DNA of 44,601 bases from a virus (Duplodnaviria; Heunggongvirae; Uroviricota; Caudoviricetes), in the IMG/VR virus record IMGVR_UViG_2711768005_000013, one strand, 5' to 3'. The stretch's first letter is position 1. Each line of letters begins with the position of its first letter. The notes under the pieces were generated by a model, which saw only the letters and a list, made by a program, of their open reading frames with translations, searched no databases and had not been told where the DNA came from. The translations under genes were made by a program, and so were the position numbers. Below, piece after piece: positions 39,216 to 44,601 of the stretch.

Positions 39216-41816
39216 ATGAGCACAAAACCACTCTTCCTGTTACGGAAAGCGAAAAAATCATCCGGTGAACCTGACGTCGTCCTGTGGGCAAGCAACGATT
39301 TTGAATCGACCTGTGCCACTCTGGACTACCTGATCGTTAAGTCAGGTAAAAAACTGAGCAGCTATTTTAAAGCTGTTGCCACGAATTTTCCTGTCGTTAA
39401 TGACCTGCCCGCTGAAGGTGAGATCGATTTTACCTGGAGTGAACGCTATCAACTCAGCAAAGACTCCATGACATGGGAACTAAAACCGGGAGCAGCACCA
39501 GACAACGCTCACTATCAAGGCAATACCAACGTCAACGGCGAAGACATGCCTGAGATTGAGGAGAATATGCTACTCCCAATTTCTGGCCAGGAACTGCCCA
39601 TTCGTTGGCTTGCTCAACACGGCAGCGAAAAACCGGTAACGCACGTTTCACGCGACGGACTCCAGGCATTACACATTGCTCGGGCTGAAGAACTACCGGC
39701 TGTTACTGCCCTGGCTGTTTCCCACAAAACCAGCCTGCTCGACCCGCTGGAAATTCGCGAACTCCACAAACTGGTTCGTGACACTGACAAAGTTTTCCCT
39801 AATCCTGGTAATTCAAACCTGGGACTGATAACTGCTTTTTTCGAAGCATACCTGAACGCTGACTACACCGATCGAGGACTGCTGACAAAAGAGTGGATGA
39901 AGGGTAATCGTGTTTCACACATCACTCGCACGGCTTCCGGTGCTAATGCTGGCGGCGGAAACCTCACCGATCGCGGCGAAGGTTTCGTACACGATCTGAC
40001 GTCACTGGCGCGGGACGTAGCCACTGGCGTACTGGCCCGTTCAATGGATCTGGACATCTATAACCTTCATCCGGCACACGCTAAACGCATTGAGGAAATT
40101 ATCGCTGAAAATAAACCGCCCTTTTCTGTTTTCCGCGACAAATTCATCACCATGCCTGGCGGGCTGGATTATTCCCGCGCCATCGTGGTTGCGTCCGTAA
40201 AAGAAGCACCAATTGGGATCGAGGTCATCCCCGCGCACGTCACTGAATATCTGAACAAAGTACTGACTGAAACCGATCATGCCAACCCTGATCCGGAAAT
40301 CGTGGATATTGCCTGCGGTCGCTCCTCTGCCCCGATGCCGCAGCGAGTAACAGAAGAAGGAAAACAGGATGATGAAGAAAAACCGCAACCATCTGGAACA
40401 ACGGCAGTTGAACAGGGAGAGGCTGAAACAATGGAACCGGACGCAACTGAACATCATCAGGACACGCAGCCGCTGGATGCTCAGTCACAGGTAAATTCTG
40501 TTGATGCGAAATATCAGGAACTGCGGGCAGAACTCCATGAAGCCCGGAAAAACATTCCATCAAAAAATCCTGTCGATGCCGATAAATTGCTTGCTGCATC
40601 ACGTGGTGAATTTGTTGACGGAATTAGCGACCCGAACGATCCGAAATGGGTAAAGGGGATCCAGACTCGCGATTGTGTGTACCAGAACCAGCCAGAAACG
40701 GAAAAAACCAGCCCGGATATGAATCAACCTGAGCCAGTAGTGCAACAGGAACCGGAAATAGCCTGCAATGCCTGCGGCCAGACTGGCGGGGATAACTGCC
40801 CTGACTGTGGTGCGGTGATGGGCGACGCAACATACCAGGAAACATTCGATGAAGAGAGTCAGGTTGAAGCTAAGGAAAATGATCCGGAGGAAATGGAAGG
40901 CGCTGAACATCCGCACAATGAGAATGCTGGCAGCGATCCGCATCGCGATTGCAGTGATGAAACTGGCGAAGTCGCAGATCCCGTAATCGTAGAAGACATA
41001 GAGCCAGGTATTTATTACGGAATTTCGAATGAGAATTACCACGCGGGTCCCGGTGTCAGTAAGTCTCAGCTCGATGACATTGCTGATACTCCGGCACTGT
41101 ATTTGTGGCGTAAAAATGCCCCCGTGGACACCACAAAGACAAAAACGCTCGATTTAGGAACCGCTTTCCACTGCCGGGTACTTGAGCCGGAAGAATTCAG
41201 TAACCGCTTTATCGTAGCACCTGAATTTAACCGCCGGACAAACTCCGGAAAAGAAGAAGAGAAAGCGTTTCTGAGGGAATGCGCAAGCACAGGAAAAACG
41301 GTTATCACTGCCGAAGAAGGCCGGAAAATTGAACTCATGTATCAGAGCGTTATGGCTTTGCCGCTGGGGCAATGGCTTGTTGAAAGCGCCGGACACGCTG
41401 AATCATCAATTTACTGGGAAGATCCTGAAACAGCAATTTTGTGTCGGTGCCGTCCGGACAAAATTATCCCTGAATTTCACTGGATCATGGACGTGAAAAC
41501 TACGGCGGATATTCAACGATTCAAAACCGCTTATTACGACTACCGCTATCACGTTCAGGATGCATTCTACAGTGACGGTTATGAAGCACAGTTTGGAGTG
41601 CAGCCAACTTTCGTTTTTCTGGTTGCCAGCACAACTATTGAATGCGGACGTTATCCGGTTGAAATTTTCATGATGGGCGAAGAAGCAAAACTGGCAGGTC
41701 AGCTGGAATATCACCGCAATCTGCGAACCCTGGCTGACTGCCTCAATACCGATGAATGGCCAGCTATTAAGACGTTATCACTGCCCCGCTGGGCTAAGGA
41801 ATATGCAAATGACTAA
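39216..41816 (+). CDS. recE: Exonuclease VIII RecE
   Basis: 866 aa; C-terminal nuclease domain; overlaps recT start (ATGACTAA). Confidence 0.9.
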   Translation: MSTKPLFLLRKAKKSSGEPDVVLWASNDFESTCATLDYLIVKSGKKLSSYFKAVATNFPVVNDLPAEGEIDFTWSERYQLSKDSMTWELKPGAAPDNAHYQGNTNVNGEDMPEIEENMLLPISGQELPIRWLAQHGSEKPVTHVSRDGLQALHIARAEELPAVTALAVSHKTSLLDPLEIRELHKLVRDTDKVFPNPGNSNLGLITAFFEAYLNADYTDRGLLTKEWMKGNRVSHITRTASGANAGGGNLTDRGEGFVHDLTSLARDVATGVLARSMDLDIYNLHPAHAKRIEEIIAENKPPFSVFRDKFITMPGGLDYSRAIVVASVKEAPIGIEVIPAHVTEYLNKVLTETDHANPDPEIVDIACGRSSAPMPQRVTEEGKQDDEEKPQPSGTTAVEQGEAETMEPDATEHHQDTQPLDAQSQVNSVDAKYQELRAELHEARKNIPSKNPVDADKLLAASRGEFVDGISDPNDPKWVKGIQTRDCVYQNQPETEKTSPDMNQPEPVVQQEPEIACNACGQTGGDNCPDCGAVMGDATYQETFDEESQVEAKENDPEEMEGAEHPHNENAGSDPHRDCSDETGEVADPVIVEDIEPGIYYGISNENYHAGPGVSKSQLDDIADTPALYLWRKNAPVDTTKTKTLDLGTAFHCRVLEPEEFSNRFIVAPEFNRRTNSGKEEEKAFLRECASTGKTVITAEEGRKIELMYQSVMALPLGQWLVESAGHAESSIYWEDPETAILCRCRPDKIIPEFHWIMDVKTTADIQRFKTAYYDYRYHVQDAFYSDGYEAQFGVQPTFVFLVASTTIECGRYPVEIFMMGEEAKLAGQLEYHRNLRTLADCLNTDEWPAIKTLSLPRWAKEYAND

Positions 41817-42618
41817 GCAACCACCAATCGCAAAAGCCGATCTGCAAAAAACTCAGGGAAACCGTGCACCAGCAGCAATTAAAAATAACGACGTGATTAG
41901 TTTTATTAACCAGCCATCAATGAAAGAGCAACTGGCAGCAGCTCTTCCACGCCATATGACGGCTGAACGTATGATCCGTATCGCCACCACAGAAATTCGT
42001 AAAGTTCCGGCGTTAGGAAACTGTGACACTATGAGTTTTGTCAGTGCAATCGTACAGTGTTCACAGCTCGGACTTGAGCCCGGTAGCGCCCTCGGTCATG
42101 CATATTTACTGCCTTTTGGTAATAAAAACGAAAAGAGCGGTAAAAAAAACGTTCAGCTAATCATTGGCTATCGCGGCATGATTGATCTGGCTCGCCGTTC
42201 AGGTCAAATCGCCAGCCTGTCAGCCCGTGTTGTCCGTGAAGGTGACGAGTTTAATTTCGAATTTGGCCTTGATGAAAAGTTAATACACCGCCCAGGAGAA
42301 AACGAAGATGCCCCTGTTACCCACGTCTATGCTGTCGCAAGACTGAAAGACGGAGGTACTCAGTTTGAAGTTATGACGCGCAAACAGATTGAGCTGGTGC
42401 GCAGCCAGAGTAAAGCTGGTAATAACGGGCCGTGGGTAACTCACTGGGAAGAAATGGCAAAGAAAACGGCTATTCGTCGCCTGTTCAAATATCTGCCCGT
42501 ATCAATTGAGATCCAGCGTGCAGTATCAATGGATGAAAAGGAACCACTGACAATCGATCCTGCAGATTCCTCTGTATTAACCGGGGAATACAGTGTAATC
42601 GATAATTCAGAGGAATAA
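41809..42618 (+). CDS. recT: Recombinase RecT
   Basis: 269 aa from [25 protein letters not shown]. Confidence 0.9.
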   Translation: MTKQPPIAKADLQKTQGNRAPAAIKNNDVISFINQPSMKEQLAAALPRHMTAERMIRIATTEIRKVPALGNCDTMSFVSAIVQCSQLGLEPGSALGHAYLLPFGNKNEKSGKKNVQLIIGYRGMIDLARRSGQIASLSARVVREGDEFNFEFGLDEKLIHRPGENEDAPVTHVYAVARLKDGGTQFEVMTRKQIELVRSQSKAGNNGPWVTHWEEMAKKTAIRRLFKYLPVSIEIQRAVSMDEKEPLTIDPADSSVLTGEYSVIDNSEE

Positions 42619-42673
42619 TTCAGCCTGGCGGTGTAATGCACCGCCAACTTGAAATATTTTTATGAGAAAAATT

Positions 42674-42823
42674 ATGAGATATGACAATGTTAAACCATGT
42701 CCATTTTGTGGTTGTCCATCAGTAACGGTGAAAGCCATTTCAGGATATTACCGAGCGAAGTGTAACGGATGCGAATCCCGAACCGGTTATGGTGGAAGTG
42801 AAAAAGAAGCACTCGAACGATGA
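42674..42823 (+). pseudogene. ralR: ralR (restriction alleviation / toxin) truncated by an in-frame TGA at codon 50
   Basis: MRYDNVKPCPFCGCPSVTVKAISGYYRAKCNGCESRTGYGGSEKEALER then TGA (42821-42823); the same frame continues NKRTTGNNNGGVHV to TAA at 42866-42868, giving 64 aa if TGA were TGG. Confidence 0.6.
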
Positions 42824-42860
42824 AATAAACGAACCACTGGAAATAATAATGGAGGTGTTC

Positions 42861-43049
42861 ATGTATAAAATTACCGCCACTATTGAAAAGGAAGGTGGCA
42901 CTCCTACTAACTGGACAAGATATTCAAAATCTAAACTAACGAAATCAGAATGCGAAAAAATGCTCTCAGGTAAAAAAGAAGCAGGCGTTTCCAGAGAGCA
43001 GAAAGTAAAACTGATAAATTTTAATTGCGAGAAACTTCAGTCCTCGTGA
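42861..43049 (+). CDS. ydaC: YdaC-like small protein
   Basis: GGAGG SD before ATG 42861 (MYKITATIEKEGG...); alternative in-frame ATG at 42849. Confidence 0.5.
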   Translation: MYKITATIEKEGGTPTNWTRYSKSKLTKSECEKMLSGKKEAGVSREQKVKLINFNCEKLQSS

Positions 43050-43148
43050 ATTGCATTGTATTCAAATTAAAACTTCATAGCTGATTATTAATAATCAACA
43101 TCGGGCGTCAATTTAAGTCTAACATTGGCGCCTGCCAGAGGTGATGCG

Positions 43149-43364
43149 ATGGCACAAGTAATCTTTAATGAAGAGTGGATGGTTGAATACGGCCTGATGC
43201 TTCGCACTGGTCTGGGGGCCAGACAAATTGAAGCATACCGCCAGAACTGTTGGGTGGAAGGCTTCCACTTCAAACGAGTATCTCCTTTAGGGAAGCCAGA
43301 CAGTAAGCGAGGGATTATCTGGTATAACTATCCAAAGATAAATCAGTTTATCAAAGACTCATGA
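43149..43364 (+). CDS. xisR: Excisionase
   Basis: 71 aa immediately upstream of int; start ATG 43149 with GAGGTG SD ([15 protein letters not shown]). Confidence 0.65.
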   Translation: MAQVIFNEEWMVEYGLMLRTGLGARQIEAYRQNCWVEGFHFKRVSPLGKPDSKRGIIWYNYPKINQFIKDS

Positions 43365-43365
43365 T

Positions 43366-44601
43366 ATGTCTAAATTACCAACAGGTGTCGAGATTCGAGG
43401 TAAATACATTCGCATCTGGTTCATGTTTCGAGGAAAACGATGTCGGGAAACATTGAAAGGCTGGGAGGTTACTAACAGTAACATTAAAAAAGCCGGGAAT
43501 TTAAGAGCGTTGATAGTTCATGAAATCAATTCCGGTGAGTTTGAGTATTTAAGACGTTTTCCCCAGTCCAGCACTGGGGCAAAAATGGTGACAACGAGGG
43601 TCATAAAAACGTTCGGGGAGCTTTGTGATATCTGGACAAAAATTAAAGAAACAGAGTTAACAACAAACACAATGAAGAAAACGAAATCACAATTAAAAAC
43701 ACTCAGGATAATAATTTGTGAGAGTACTCCGATATCGCATATTCGTTATAGCGATATCTTAAACTACCGGAATGAACTGCTGCATGGAGAAACGCTTTAC
43801 CTGGATAATCCAAGATCCAACAAAAAAGGAAGAACCGTGCGCACAGTTGATAACTATATCGCCCTGCTCTGTTCGTTGTTACGTTTTGCGTATCAGTCGG
43901 GATTTATATCAACCAAACCATTTGAAGGAGTAAAGAAATTACAGAGAAACAGAATAAAGCCTGACCCGTTATCTAAAACAGAATTCAATGCATTAATGGA
44001 AAGTGAAAAAGGACAGAGCCAGAACTTGTGGAAATTTGCCGTATACTCCGGGCTTCGTCACGGGGAACTGGCTGCTCTGGCGTGGGAGGATGTGGATTTC
44101 GAGAAGGGAGTTGTGAATGTCAGAAGAAACCTGACGATACTGGATATGTTCGGTCCCCCAAAAACAAATGCGGGGATCCGGACGGTAACACTACTGCAGC
44201 CTGCTCTTGAAGCACTGAAGGAGCAATACAAACTGACCGGGCATCATCGCAAAAGCGAAATCACTTTTTATCATCGGGAGTACGGCAGAACCGAAAAGCA
44301 AAAACTGCATTTTGTTTTCATGCCCAGAGTGTGTAACGGAAAACAGAAACCTTATTACTCGGTAAGCAGTTTGGGTGCGAGATGGAATGCAGCAGTAAAA
44401 CGTGCTGGTATTCGCCGCCGTAATCCGTACCATACGCGGCATACTTTTGCCTGCTGGCTGTTGACGGCAGGAGCGAACCCGGCGTTTATAGCCAGCCAGA
44501 TGGGGCATGAAACTGCGCAGATGGTGTATGAAATTTACGGTATGTGGATTGATGACATGAACGACGAACAGGTAGCCATGTTGAATGCGCGGTTATCGTA
44601 G
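43366..44601 (+). CDS. intR: Tyrosine site-specific integrase
   Basis: 411 aa with C-terminal catalytic region (HTRHTFACWLL...GHETAQMVYEIY); stop codon is the last 3 bases of the window. Confidence 0.9.
   Translation: MSKLPTGVEIRGKYIRIWFMFRGKRCRETLKGWEVTNSNIKKAGNLRALIVHEINSGEFEYLRRFPQSSTGAKMVTTRVIKTFGELCDIWTKIKETELTTNTMKKTKSQLKTLRIIICESTPISHIRYSDILNYRNELLHGETLYLDNPRSNKKGRTVRTVDNYIALLCSLLRFAYQSGFISTKPFEGVKKLQRNRIKPDPLSKTEFNALMESEKGQSQNLWKFAVYSGLRHGELAALAWEDVDFEKGVVNVRRNLTILDMFGPPKTNAGIRTVTLLQPALEALKEQYKLTGHHRKSEITFYHREYGRTEKQKLHFVFMPRVCNGKQKPYYSVSSLGARWNAAVKRAGIRRRNPYHTRHTFACWLLTAGANPAFIASQMGHETAQMVYEIYGMWIDDMNDEQVAMLNARLS

Larger units (their letters stand above)
1..44601. mobile_element. 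Rac-type lambdoid prophage, internal portion (lom to int); attachment sites not in window
   Basis: Complete co-linear lambdoid gene order; proteins with the lengths and N-termini I recall for K-12 Rac TrkG (485 aa, MNTSHVRVV), RecE (866), RecT (269), KilR (73), IntR (411) among others. Confidence 0.9.

Noticed and set aside
39863-41396. Several 60-150-aa minus-strand ORFs
   Set aside because: All lie antisense within recE, which is full length and well supported
1-44601. Search for CRISPR arrays, IS elements and rRNA/tRNA genes
   Set aside because: No regularly spaced direct repeats, no transposase ORFs with terminal inverted repeats (the IS5 that interrupts lomR in K-12 is not in this window), and no rRNA- or tRNA-like sequence seen

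Overview
The window is almost entirely one lambdoid prophage of the E. coli Rac type in inverted orientation: late and structural genes on the minus strand at the left, int on the plus strand at the right end (int stop = last base of the window; no att site visible). Order left to right: lom (partial), tail genes J-I-K-L-M-H-(G/G-T)-V, head-tail joining genes, major capsid, scaffold, F-like head protein, portal, terminase, a ParB-like/GT-A-like gene pair, the K+ transporter moron trkG, an S21-type pinholin / SAR endolysin / Rz-Rz1 lysis cassette, two tandem TolA-domain-III-like lipoprotein genes, Q antiterminator, nin-type genes (YbcO/YbcN-like), an AT-rich accessory island (about 28.9-32.8 kb), replication genes (ydaU/ydaV-like), the racR / ydaS-ydaT switch, and the early-left operon sieB-kilR-ydaE-racC-recE-recT-ralR-ydaC-xis-int. 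The accessory island carries a 28-aa membrane-peptide ORF, a DUF1971 gene on the opposite strand, and a two-gene cassette (HEPN-motif protein plus GNAT-like protein) that I cannot place in any described Rac gene set. Three runs of N interrupt J, the endolysin and the DnaC-like gene. No rRNA, tRNA, CRISPR array or IS element was seen. The two strongest candidates for an undescribed system are the HEPN/GNAT-like cassette (30633..32672) and the TolA-III-like lipoprotein pair (25413..26387). All family assignments are from reading the translated ORFs and recalled reference sequences, without database searches; the ORF track labels alternative start codons (GTG/TTG/ATT) as M, so several starts were re-derived from the DNA.
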